Source of the DNA: Pseudomonadota bacterium
GTDB lineage: Bacteria > Bdellovibrionota_C > UBA2361 > OMII01
Length of the DNA stretch: 38,158 bases
Reading direction: 5' to 3'
Assembly (NCBI GenBank): GCA_900299055.1
Contig: OMII01000090.1
Coordinates: 1-38,158 of the forward strand
The notes beneath the pieces are model-generated. The model did not search any database and was not told the DNA's origin. It worked only from the letters and a program-made list of their open reading frames with translations. The position numbers and the translations under genes are program-made. Shown here piece after piece: positions 18,200 to 27,235 of this stretch (its first letter is position 1; every line of letters starts with the position of its first letter).

Positions 18200-19337
18200 T
18201 CGGCGACTCCTTACGCATTTCGACTGGATGTTGTTCTCGCTAACGGTGTGTATTCCGCTTGTTGGTCTCATAGTCCTCTACAGCGCCGGATACGATCCAG
18301 AGTTTGCGGTTGATTTCCTTGGGTGGTTAAACGTGGAATTTAGGAGTCCTGCCTGCTTCAAGCAGGGGGTGTATCTTCTAACCGGCCTCGTCCTGATGGT
18401 GGTGGGGATGGCGATCCCCACTCAGACTCTCTATCGCTACTCATTTGCCATCTACGGGGGCGCGCTTCTTCTCTTGGTCGCCGTCGCTGGTTTTGGAGTT
18501 GTTGTAAATGGCTCTCGTCGATGGTTAGACGTCGGACTCTTTAAGCTGCAGCCAGCGGAGTTTATGAAGCTTGGGTTAATCGTGACAATGGCGAGACTGC
18601 TCGCAAAGTCACCACCTAAAAACGCGATAGCCTACTCACTCCGTGAGCTGCTCGTGCCAGCTTTTTTTATTCTGATCCCGATGGGGCTGATTGCACAGCA
18701 GCCTGATTTGGGCACCGCGCTTTCATTGGCGATAGTGGGAGTATGTCAGATCTTGTTCGTAGGTATTCGCCCGAAGGTTATTTTCGGAGTGGTACTGGCA
18801 GTGTGTGTGCTCGCGTATCCTGCCTGGAATTCACTTCATGAATATCAGCAGCGTCGAGTTATGGTGCTGCTTGATCCCGAAGCTGATCCGCAGGGAAGCG
18901 GTTATCACATCACCCAGTCAAAGATCGCTGTTGGTTCGGGAGAGCTCTTTGGAAAGGGGTTTCAGAAAGGCACCCAGACGCAACTTGAGTTTCTTCCGGA
19001 GCACACTACGGACTTTGTGTTCTCGGTTCTTGCAGAAGAGTGGGGCTTTGTCGGGTGCACTTTTATGATAGCGATGTTTTTCTGCCTCCTCGCTGCGATG
19101 CTTCGAGTGGCACATCGGAGCAGGGACCTGTTTGCGTGTCTGCTGGTGGTGGGCATCACGTCCCAGATATTTGCACATATTGTCATCAATATCGGAATGG
19201 TGATTGGATTAATGCCGGTAGTGGGTATACCGCTGCCTCTCATAAGTTACGGGGGTTCTTCGCTGCTCTCACTCTTGTTCGGGCTAGGCATCGTTCAAGG
19301 GGTGAGTATGCGACGGACGCTCTTTACATCGGTATAA
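18186..19337 (+). CDS. rodA: SEDS peptidoglycan glycosyltransferase RodA
   Basis: QPAEFMK, QPDLGT, GSGYHITQSKIAVGSG, LPEHTTDFVF and SYGGSS; overlaps the mrdA end. Confidence 0.97.
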   Translation: MLTIDRRLLTHFDWMLFSLTVCIPLVGLIVLYSAGYDPEFAVDFLGWLNVEFRSPACFKQGVYLLTGLVLMVVGMAIPTQTLYRYSFAIYGGALLLLVAVAGFGVVVNGSRRWLDVGLFKLQPAEFMKLGLIVTMARLLAKSPPKNAIAYSLRELLVPAFFILIPMGLIAQQPDLGTALSLAIVGVCQILFVGIRPKVIFGVVLAVCVLAYPAWNSLHEYQQRRVMVLLDPEADPQGSGYHITQSKIAVGSGELFGKGFQKGTQTQLEFLPEHTTDFVFSVLAEEWGFVGCTFMIAMFFCLLAAMLRVAHRSRDLFACLLVVGITSQIFAHIVINIGMVIGLMPVVGIPLPLISYGGSSLLSLLFGLGIVQGVSMRRTLFTSV

Positions 19338-19341
19338 CGCC

Positions 19342-20520
19342 ATGAAGCTCAATACTATATATCGCGTAGGTTTAGCTGTCGGGATTATTCTACCCGTCAT
19401 GGGTGCAGCAGTGGTGGCGCCGCAGGCACAGGATTCAAGTGCGTCTGAGGTCACTTCGGCGGACCACATAGCTCCTCAAGTTGAGGTGACACCTACCGTA
19501 CTACCGCGTCTTGCCGTAGAGCCCCTCTCCCGAGAGCAGATCGATATCTTTCTCGATAGTGTTCGCGCGGGGTCTCCTTTTACCCCTCCACAGACGTACG
19601 TGTCGCAGAAAGTTGATGCGGCGACGTCGGGTATATGGTCTGGAGTCGCTTTCGATGCTGACGGTGAGGTGGTTGACCTTGTGCTGCGCTTTCGACCCTC
19701 AGTAGAGGAGCGCTTAAAACGAGCTGAGAGCGGTAAATCAGCGGGGCAGCTTGCCGACTCTGTCGATATCGGTATTCGGTTGGGGATAAAAGGCTTGCAG
19801 TTCTCGCACAGTATGGCGAGAGACCCGCAGATGCAGAATGGCTTCCTCTCGCCGCTGAAATCCGACAAGCGCCATAAAACTCGAACCGCTTTTGTTCGCG
19901 GCGTGCAGGAGTCTGGGATGCACTTGTCTGTCCCTCCGATGCTGTCTGGAGAAGCTGCGGAAAATTGGGGGGTTCTGATTTGCCCCCGTGCCGCAGCTGT
20001 TGTGAAAGATCCTTCAGGTCGTTCTCTCCAGTTGGAGCTCACCGCCTCACCCTATGAGTTGTCTGAGGTGAAGATGTCGATTGTTGGTAGCGCAAGTACT
20101 CGAGTTCCAACTTTAAACTCAAAAGAGCGCCTCAAGATGCGGGTATCGACAACCCAGGAGGTACCGCCGGCGATCATATCTGAAGATGAGGAGATTTCCG
20201 TCTCGCCGAGTCTCCAAATCGCATATCATCCGAGTGCTAGCGCAGACTTTTTTAGATTTGCGCCCCACGCCAGCACGCAGCAGGAGTTGAGGTTGATGGC
20301 TGAGACGGAGAACTCTGCTGGTTATATCCGTCGGGCGTACTTCGCTTCGACGCTCTATATTCAGAAGTTAACAGAGCCCTCGCCAGCTTCGGTTGTCGTC
20401 AATGGTGCCATGGTCGCTCGTGACGAGGGAGTATGCTACGTGGTGCAGCGCCGCAAAAATCGCTGGGCGGAGTATGGACGGGTCGCCCCTTCTAGGCCGG
20501 CGCAGGCAACAGGTCGCTAA
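19342..20520 (+). CDS. Hypothetical exported protein at the end of the mre/mrd operon
   Basis: 392-aa ORF 4 bp after the rodA stop, with an N-terminal signal peptide-like segment. No family recognised. Confidence 0.65.
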   Translation: MKLNTIYRVGLAVGIILPVMGAAVVAPQAQDSSASEVTSADHIAPQVEVTPTVLPRLAVEPLSREQIDIFLDSVRAGSPFTPPQTYVSQKVDAATSGIWSGVAFDADGEVVDLVLRFRPSVEERLKRAESGKSAGQLADSVDIGIRLGIKGLQFSHSMARDPQMQNGFLSPLKSDKRHKTRTAFVRGVQESGMHLSVPPMLSGEAAENWGVLICPRAAAVVKDPSGRSLQLELTASPYELSEVKMSIVGSASTRVPTLNSKERLKMRVSTTQEVPPAIISEDEEISVSPSLQIAYHPSASADFFRFAPHASTQQELRLMAETENSAGYIRRAYFASTLYIQKLTEPSPASVVVNGAMVARDEGVCYVVQRRKNRWAEYGRVAPSRPAQATGR

Positions 20521-20527
20521 AGCTTTC

Positions 20528-20560
20528 AAGTCACGCACGTGGAACGTGCGCGACTTTAGT
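20528..20560 (+). terminator. Stem-loop, probable terminator of the mre/mrd operon
   Basis: AAGTCACGCACGT-GGA-ACGTGCGCGACTT (13 bp, one mismatch) 7 nt after the stop; weak T tract. Confidence 0.6.
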
Positions 20561-20726
20561 TTGAAGCCCTTCAGTAACACACTCGAATTCTTTGGTATTT
20601 TCCCGGGCGTCCGTTTCGAGCGGTAAAACAGTCTTGGTGGCTGTTGTTGTCCATGCCCTGGTTGAAAATCTCTTTCTGCGCTAGGGTGCGATACCAAATT
20701 GCTCGTTACGCACACAAGGAGGCCCA

Positions 20727-22241
20727 GTGGCGATTATCATCGACGATGTTTCCCATACGTTCCATGAGTATCTTCTTCTGCCAGGGTTAACGACCAAAGA
20801 GCACATTGCGTCAAATGTGACCCTCAAGACGCCGATCCAACGGTACAACCTCAAGGATGGTATCCGAGGCCACCTCAATACGCCTTTCGTCTCTGCGGCG
20901 ATGCAGGCGGTATCGGGCCCTGAGTTGGCGATTGCACTCGCTCGAAAGGGAGGTTCAGCTTTTATCTTTTGTTCGCAGTCAATTGAGTCTCAGGCGCAGA
21001 TGGTTCGGAAGGTGAAAGAGCACAAAGCGGGCTTCGTGGAGTCAGACTCTAACTTGGCACCGACTGCAACGCTGGGCGACGCGCTTGCGCTTCGGCGTAA
21101 GACTGGACACTCAACGATAGCGATTACAGAGAATGGTGGTCGTAACACTAAGCTGCTTGGACTTCTGACATCAAAGGATTTTTGGGAGTACAAAGACGAT
21201 CTCACCCAGTGCGTCTCCGGCTTTTATACACCACGCGAGAAGCTTGTGATGGCTGAAGAGGGGGTTAGTCTCCAGGACGCTACTAACTTGCTCTGGAAGC
21301 ACAAAAAGGAGTGCCTGCCCGTCGTAGATAAGAACGGATGTTTAAAGTTCCTTGTGTTCCGTAAAGATTATTTCGATCATCACTCATATCCAGATGAACT
21401 TACCGATGGACGGAAGCGTCTGGTAGTGGGCGCCGCTCTGAACACCTACGATTATATGGAGCGTGCTTCTGCGTTGGTCGAGGCAGGAGTCGATTGTCTG
21501 TGTCTCGATTCGTCCGATGGATATAGTGAGTGGCAGGCTGAAGCTGCCCGCCAGCTTCGAGCCAAGTTCGGCGATAAGATTGTCTTAGGCGGCGGAAATA
21601 TCGTTTCAGCTGACGCCTTCCGCTATATGGTAGAAAAAGCTGAGGTCGACTTCGTAAAAGTTGGTATTGGCGGAGGCTCCATCTGTATTACTCGGGAGCA
21701 AAAGGGAATCGGGCGAGGCCAGGCGAGTGCGATTATGGACGTCGCGCACGAGCGCAACAAATACGCTCGTGAGACGGGTATCTACATTCCGATATGCTCC
21801 GATGGTGGCTTGAATTCCGATACGCAGATGATCGTTGCATTGGCGATGGGCGCCGATTTTGTGATGATGGGCAAGTATTTCGCGATGACCGAAGAGAGCC
21901 CAACAGCCAAGATTAGCTATCGAGGCAGGCTCTACAAACCTTATTGGGGAGAGGGGTCAAATCGGGCGCGCAACTGGCAGCGCTACAAGCAGAGCGAGGC
22001 AGCACATCTTGTGTTTGAGGAGGGAGTAGACGCGTACGTTCCTTATAGCGGGCCTCTCGCTGATAAGGTTGAGGTGTCGCTCGTAAAGCTTAAGTCGACT
22101 ATGTGCAACGTTGGAGTGCTTTCCTTGTCTGAGTTTCATGACAAGGCTCGGTTGACCCGTGTGTCCGAGATGACGGTTGTGGAAGGTGGTACATCGACAG
22201 TAGAGATGCTCGACCGGATGCAGCCAAACTCGGAGTCATAA
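20727..22241 (+). CDS. guaB: IMP dehydrogenase with CBS pair
   Basis: SAAMQAVS, DSSDGYSEWQ, catalytic loop VGIGGGSICITREQKGIGRGQA, CSDGG and YWGEGS; AAGGAGG RBS before GTG. Confidence 0.95.
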   Translation: MAIIIDDVSHTFHEYLLLPGLTTKEHIASNVTLKTPIQRYNLKDGIRGHLNTPFVSAAMQAVSGPELAIALARKGGSAFIFCSQSIESQAQMVRKVKEHKAGFVESDSNLAPTATLGDALALRRKTGHSTIAITENGGRNTKLLGLLTSKDFWEYKDDLTQCVSGFYTPREKLVMAEEGVSLQDATNLLWKHKKECLPVVDKNGCLKFLVFRKDYFDHHSYPDELTDGRKRLVVGAALNTYDYMERASALVEAGVDCLCLDSSDGYSEWQAEAARQLRAKFGDKIVLGGGNIVSADAFRYMVEKAEVDFVKVGIGGGSICITREQKGIGRGQASAIMDVAHERNKYARETGIYIPICSDGGLNSDTQMIVALAMGADFVMMGKYFAMTEESPTAKISYRGRLYKPYWGEGSNRARNWQRYKQSEAAHLVFEEGVDAYVPYSGPLADKVEVSLVKLKSTMCNVGVLSLSEFHDKARLTRVSEMTVVEGGTSTVEMLDRMQPNSES

Positions 22242-22251
22242 AGAGAGCGGT

Positions 22252-22677
22252 ATGTGGTACACTCGGGAGCATTTTGAGATCGCTCGTGAGGCGCAGGTTT
22301 GGGGTGTTTTACCCCGCTTCGAGCCTGGGGATGTTGTAGCGCGAGGCTTTGCTGACTTGGGTTACGAGGAATTCCAAGTCTTGCCGGGGCAAAAACTCCT
22401 GTCGCTTACTGCCGGTTCTATTACGAGCATGGCAGGGGATGACACCAAGCATTTTTTCTGGATCCCCTCCATAGACGAGAGTTTCCAACTCCTTGAGAAA
22501 CAGGGCGCTGAGCAGCTTGTATGCGGTCGCATCGAGGGTCGTGAGTGGCGCGTGTCGTGCCGTGTACGTGGTGAGGACGTGGGCGCGGTAGCGCGCGATA
22601 TGCATACAGCGGTACTCAAGGCGTTACTTGCCACCTATCAATGCTGTTACCGAGCTCGTGAGGGGACTCAAGTATGA
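22252..22677 (+). CDS. Hypothetical protein
   Basis: 141-aa ORF filling the gap between guaB and maf; ATGA overlap with maf. Confidence 0.65.
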   Translation: MWYTREHFEIAREAQVWGVLPRFEPGDVVARGFADLGYEEFQVLPGQKLLSLTAGSITSMAGDDTKHFFWIPSIDESFQLLEKQGAEQLVCGRIEGREWRVSCRVRGEDVGAVARDMHTAVLKALLATYQCCYRAREGTQV

Positions 22678-23255
22678 CACTGGCTGTTTCTCCTCTTATT
22701 TTGGCTTCAGGTTCTCCTCGTCGACGTGAGCTGCTCACGCAGGCTGGTGTTGAGTTCTCTGTAATCGTTCCTGGATGTGATGAGACACCGCTCTCACGAG
22801 AGTCGGCGCGTGAGATGGTTGAGCGTCTCGCTTTCGTCAAGGCATCTGTAGTAGCCGTGAGCTATCCTGATTCATTTGTGCTAGGTGCCGACACAACGGT
22901 TTGTATTGGTGGCGTTTCACTGGGCAAGCCTGAATCGGTAGAGGAAGCCTGCCAGATGCTGCGCACTATTCAGGGTAAGACTCATGAAGTGTGGGGTGGG
23001 ATAGCAGTAGTTCATCACACAAAAAAGGTCCGTGAGTGCTGGTCTCACGTAACACGAGTGACGATGGCGCCCATGGACGAGGAGACTATTCGAGACTACG
23101 TGGCGTCTGGAGAGCCGATGGATAAAGCCGGTTCTTATGCAATACAAGGACTTGGCCTCAGATTCGTTTCGAGCATAGAGGGCTCCTACTCAAATGTCGT
23201 TGGGCTAAATCTCACGACGGTTATGGATAAGTTCCGTGAGCTCTCATGTCGATAG
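22674..23255 (+). CDS. maf: Maf family nucleoside triphosphate pyrophosphatase (YhdE-like)
   Basis: ILASGSPRRRELL, GADTTV, LGKP, DKAGSYAIQG and SNVVGL. Confidence 0.95.
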   Translation: MTLAVSPLILASGSPRRRELLTQAGVEFSVIVPGCDETPLSRESAREMVERLAFVKASVVAVSYPDSFVLGADTTVCIGGVSLGKPESVEEACQMLRTIQGKTHEVWGGIAVVHHTKKVRECWSHVTRVTMAPMDEETIRDYVASGEPMDKAGSYAIQGLGLRFVSSIEGSYSNVVGLNLTTVMDKFRELSCR

Positions 23256-23962
23256 CGACTAATCTAGGTCGAGTGCTGGATTCAGTCGAGCAGGCGGCTC
23301 GGGTCGCTGGAAGGTCACCGGCGGAGATAGTCGTAGTAGCGGTAAGCAAAAAAAAGCCACTTGAAGATCTGCTCGGTTATGAGAAGGCGGCGAGAGAGCG
23401 CGGAGTCTTGTGCGTCTTTGGTGAAAACTACCTTCAAGAGCTCAAAGTAAAGCGCCAGAGCATGGGGTCGGCTGTAATTTTTCATATGATCGGTCCGTTA
23501 CAGAGCAATAAAGTGAGAGACGCGGTTCTGTGTAGTGATGTTATCGAGTCGGTGCACTCACAAAAGGTTTTGGCGCTCATTGCGGAGAGTGCGTGCAAGC
23601 TGGGCAAACGACAGAAGATCATGCTTCAGGTGAATATCGGAAGTGATCCCGCTAAGAGTGGATTTGATCCAGCTCATGTGGAGGAAGCGATTAGGCTCGC
23701 GCATGACGCACGGGAAAGTATCGAACTTGTCGGACTCATGACGATAACACCCTACGAGGCTGAGCCTGAATCCTCGAGGAAATTTTTTCAGGCCATGCGA
23801 ACCCTGCGGGATGACCTATTGAGCAAGGGGCTTGCCGAATGCTTTGCCGCCTCGCGAGTGCTGCTTAGTATGGGTATGTCAGGAGACTACACTATTGCGA
23901 TTCAAGAGGGCGCCGATATCGTTCGTATAGGTACTGCAATTTTCGGCGCACGCGAGAGCTGA
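23246..23962 (+). CDS. yggS: PLP homeostasis protein YggS/PLPBP
   Basis: VAVSK, FGENYLQE, HMIGPLQSNK and LSMGMSGDY..AIQEGADIVRIGTAIFG. Confidence 0.96.
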   Translation: MSIATNLGRVLDSVEQAARVAGRSPAEIVVVAVSKKKPLEDLLGYEKAARERGVLCVFGENYLQELKVKRQSMGSAVIFHMIGPLQSNKVRDAVLCSDVIESVHSQKVLALIAESACKLGKRQKIMLQVNIGSDPAKSGFDPAHVEEAIRLAHDARESIELVGLMTITPYEAEPESSRKFFQAMRTLRDDLLSKGLAECFAASRVLLSMGMSGDYTIAIQEGADIVRIGTAIFGARES

Positions 23963-24008
23963 CCAGCCACATAGACGCAAGTTGCGTAAGCGGGTGATGC
24001 TCGCTGCC

Positions 24009-24422
24009 ATGGAAGTTAATGAAATCATGCAGACTGACGTCGCTGTCCTGACGCCACAGGCGTCACTACGAGATGTCGCGGAGCTGATGCGAGAACGCGA
24101 CATCCGCCATGTCCCCATCCTTGAGAGTGGTAAGATCGTTGGTATCGTGAGCGACCGGGATCTTCGGCTCTATGTGGCAGACCTGTTTCAGTCACAGGGA
24201 GAGACCGAGATTGAGGCTGCTCGGAGAGCTCTTACGATTCGAAATATCATGCAGACAAAACCACTTCAGGTTGATCCAAGTGCGGATATAGGTGAGGTGG
24301 TCGACCTGCTGCTAGAGTACCGAATTGGAGCGGTGCTCGTTTCGGATAATCAGGGAGTTTTGAGAGGAATCGTAAGTTATGAAGATCTTCTTCGAGCATA
24401 CAGAGAGCTCGAAGAGGAATAA
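24009..24422 (+). CDS. CBS-domain pair protein (AcuB-like)
   Basis: Two CBS repeats: VNEIM..IRHVPI..VGIVSDRDL and IRNIM..IGAVLV..GIVSYEDLL. Start 24009 or 23997. Confidence 0.9.
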   Translation: MEVNEIMQTDVAVLTPQASLRDVAELMRERDIRHVPILESGKIVGIVSDRDLRLYVADLFQSQGETEIEAARRALTIRNIMQTKPLQVDPSADIGEVVDLLLEYRIGAVLVSDNQGVLRGIVSYEDLLRAYRELEEE

Positions 24423-24435
24423 ACTAGGTGGCATC

Positions 24436-24774
24436 ATGATGAGAGAGACACGTGAGCTTCCAAAAAACGAGTGGAGACGCTTTTTTGATGCCATTTCGAG
24501 CGGGCTTCCCGGCAAGGCAGTTGATATTACTCTCATCACCCCTCAGGAAAGAGTGCATCAAAGCTGTGTGTGGCAGCTTCATGGGGTGACATACGACCCA
24601 CATGATGATGCGTTAATTATCTCATGTCGGCAGCAGGAGCACGTAATCGCGTCTCCGTTAGAAATTCGAATAGATAGGGATGCCTTTCGCATAAACTCAA
24701 TAGAGGTCATTAAAGGCCCCGGTGATTTGGAGTTGGTCCGTTTCGTGGAGCCGCTCTTGCTGCCAGTCGCCTGA
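24436..24774 (+). CDS. DUF5335-like protein
   Basis: TRELPKNEWRRFFDAIS..LHGVTYDPHDDALII..EHVIASP pattern. Confidence 0.7.
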   Translation: MMRETRELPKNEWRRFFDAISSGLPGKAVDITLITPQERVHQSCVWQLHGVTYDPHDDALIISCRQQEHVIASPLEIRIDRDAFRINSIEVIKGPGDLELVRFVEPLLLPVA

Positions 24775-24864
24775 GGAGCATCAGCGACAGAATCGCCTCC
24801 ACTCTGACAGAATCACAGGAGCAGTTTACTCAGCCGAACGTTTTAGAAAGTGGGGAATAATTTT

Positions 24865-25518
24865 ATGAAGAGTGATAAGCAGCTTCAGCAAGATGTAATG
24901 GATGATTTGCGGTGGGATCCGAGTATTGATGCTTCTAAAGTTGGAGTGTCGGCGACAAACGGGGTCGTTCTACTTACCGGGACAGTACCAAGTTTTTTTC
25001 AGAAACAAAGTGCAGAGCGGATCGTCAAGCGGGTCGCTGGTGTTCGTGCCGTAGCTAACGACATTGAGGTCCGCCTCCCGAATAGCACAGAGCGTACTGA
25101 TACTGACATCGCGCAAGCGGCCTTGAATGCACTAAAGTGGGACACCTCAGTTCCGGATGAGCGGGTAAAGATCTCAGTAACGAAGGGATGGGTGACCCTC
25201 GAGGGAACCGTCGATTGGAACTATCAAAAAGAATCTTGCGAGAAAGTGGTCGAGCGACTCGTTGGTGTAAAGGGCGTGACAAACCACGTTGCAGTTTCGC
25301 CTCACGTTAAGTCTCAAGATGTGAAGAATCAGATCAAGACCGCGCTACATCGCTATGCTGAGCTCGAGTCGCGCAATATAGAGGTAGATTCTGCTGACAG
25401 CACGATTACCTTACGCGGACAGGTGCGTTCATGGGCAGAGCGCAAAGAGGCTGAAACAGCGGCTTGGATGGCCCCCGGGGTGACACAGGTAAAGAACGAG
25501 ATTGTCGTTTCGGTCTAG
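24865..25518 (+). CDS. Triple BON-domain (OsmY-like) protein
   Basis: Three BON repeats: KSDKQLQQDV..NGVVLLTG, TDTDIA..KGWVTLEG and ITLRGQVRSWAE..APGVTQVKN. Confidence 0.92.
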   Translation: MKSDKQLQQDVMDDLRWDPSIDASKVGVSATNGVVLLTGTVPSFFQKQSAERIVKRVAGVRAVANDIEVRLPNSTERTDTDIAQAALNALKWDTSVPDERVKISVTKGWVTLEGTVDWNYQKESCEKVVERLVGVKGVTNHVAVSPHVKSQDVKNQIKTALHRYAELESRNIEVDSADSTITLRGQVRSWAERKEAETAAWMAPGVTQVKNEIVVSV

Positions 25519-25644
25519 TCTGTCTTTAGTTGTTTCGCGGGGTTGTCTCGGGTGGGTGGTTGGCTCCTGCGTCGCCGACAGGGTCGTGCGCATCTAACGG
25601 AGTGACGGTAGGGAAACCCCGCTCGCTGATCGCACTCCGCTCCG

Positions 25645-26652
25645 ATGATTTCTCTGTGTGTCATTGCCAAAAATGAAGCGCATTGTATCGCCACCATGCT
25701 CGAAAGCGTGCGGGGGATAGTGTCGGAGAGTATCGTAGTCGATACCGGTTCTACTGATGGTACTCCCGCTATCGCAGCAGCGTATGGGGCGAGGGTAGAG
25801 CAATTTACATGGTGCGATGACTTCGCGGCAGCACGGAACGCTTCCCTCGCGTTCGCGACGCAACCCTGGATAGTCGTGCTTGACGCCGACGAGGAGCTTT
25901 CTCGTGAAGGTCGGGAGGTGATATTGAGCCTCGTGCGAGAGGCTCCTCGAGCATACTCACTTGAGCGATATCACTTCTCATCGCGACCAGACGCCGTGAG
26001 CTCGATGACGGTCTCACCAGAGATGCCGGGCTATAATCGCGGAGCGCGAGCCTACTATAAGACTCATGATATTCGCTTGTTTCCCAACCGCGAAGAGGTT
26101 CGCTTTGTCGGTGCTGTTCATGAGAGTGCGGAGAGCTCGCTCTATGAGCACGGGATTCCATGGGAGCGCTGCTCCGCAGTGATCTATCACTATGGGCACT
26201 TGGTCACTGAGGAGCGTAAGCGAGAGAAAGCTTTGCAGTATCTCGCGCTTGCTCGCCGGAAAGTGCACGAGAGCCCTGATGATTGGCGTGCCTGGTATCA
26301 CCTCGGAGTGGAGTTGCAAAACCATACGCTTCATTCGGAGGCGAGACTCAGTCTCGAGCAAGCTAGGGTGCGTTGTCCAACATTCGCGCCGTTACTTCGA
26401 CAGCTCGGGATCTCGTATTGCGTGATGGGAGACTATACTTCGGGGCTGCAGACGTTCTCTGAGGCGCTGTCGAATGATTCTTCGTGTGTGCTAACGTGGA
26501 ACGCTCTTGGGGCCGCATTCCTTGAGCTTGGATATCTGGATCAGGCTGAGCACTGCTTTCAGACAATTGTCAGCGGGGACCCGCGCAATCCAGTCGCGTG
26601 TGAGGCGTTGGGGCTCATTCGCCAGCGTAGGGGCCGGCCGAGTGAATCGTGA
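25645..26652 (+). CDS. GT2 family glycosyltransferase with C-terminal TPR repeats
   Basis: ISLCVIAKNEA, VVDTGSTDGT, DFAAARN, LDADE and VHE; TPRs such as AWYHLG and TWNALGAAF. Confidence 0.9.
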   Translation: MISLCVIAKNEAHCIATMLESVRGIVSESIVVDTGSTDGTPAIAAAYGARVEQFTWCDDFAAARNASLAFATQPWIVVLDADEELSREGREVILSLVREAPRAYSLERYHFSSRPDAVSSMTVSPEMPGYNRGARAYYKTHDIRLFPNREEVRFVGAVHESAESSLYEHGIPWERCSAVIYHYGHLVTEERKREKALQYLALARRKVHESPDDWRAWYHLGVELQNHTLHSEARLSLEQARVRCPTFAPLLRQLGISYCVMGDYTSGLQTFSEALSNDSSCVLTWNALGAAFLELGYLDQAEHCFQTIVSGDPRNPVACEALGLIRQRRGRPSES

Positions 26653-26890
26653 TTGCCCTCCCCCGGGCAGAGTCTCTAGCCACTCGCACATCTCCTGCGA
26701 GACGTATTGTAAAGAGTCGCTATATTAGCTACTTAGGCGTTTAGTAGCCGCATCTGCTTGAAAATTGGATTTGTTCAGCTTATTTGTCTCATAATGATAG
26801 ATAAGGCGATCATTCAGCGTGCTGAGCGTCGCCGGATTTTGGAAGCAAAATCCCAATAATCTTAATTATGTGGTTCGAGCTGAGATAGGT

Positions 26891-27208
26891 ATGCCAATTT
26901 ACGAGTACGAGTGCCCTGAGTGTGGTCGGTTTGAGGTGATTCAGAAATTTAGCGACAAGCCCCTTACCCAGTGTCCTACGTGCAAGGAGAAGGGCAAGAA
27001 AAGCTCAGTTACTAAGGCGCTCTCGGCCTCAGCATTCCACTTGAAGGGAAGCGGATGGTACAAGACCGACTACTCTTCGGGTTCATCCTCTTCGTCGAGC
27101 AAAAAGAAGGGTACTAAGGCAGAGTCATCATCTGGGTCAGACAGCTCTTCTAGCGACGCAAGCGCCACCCCTAAAAAGGCGTGCGGCACGGGATGTGGTT
27201 GCCACTAG
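26891..27208 (+). CDS. FmdB-family zinc-ribbon regulatory protein
   Basis: MPIYEYECPECG..CPTC..FHLKGSGWYKTDY with Ser/Lys-rich tail. Start ATG 26891. Confidence 0.92.
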   Translation: MPIYEYECPECGRFEVIQKFSDKPLTQCPTCKEKGKKSSVTKALSASAFHLKGSGWYKTDYSSGSSSSSSKKKGTKAESSSGSDSSSSDASATPKKACGTGCGCH

Positions 27209-27235
27209 ACAGCCTATCGCGCGATAAGCACACGG

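Noticed and set aside
20560-20726. Purine or other riboswitch upstream of guaB
   Set aside because: No purine-riboswitch core consensus was recognised; the only strong stem is the terminator-like hairpin right after the previous gene.
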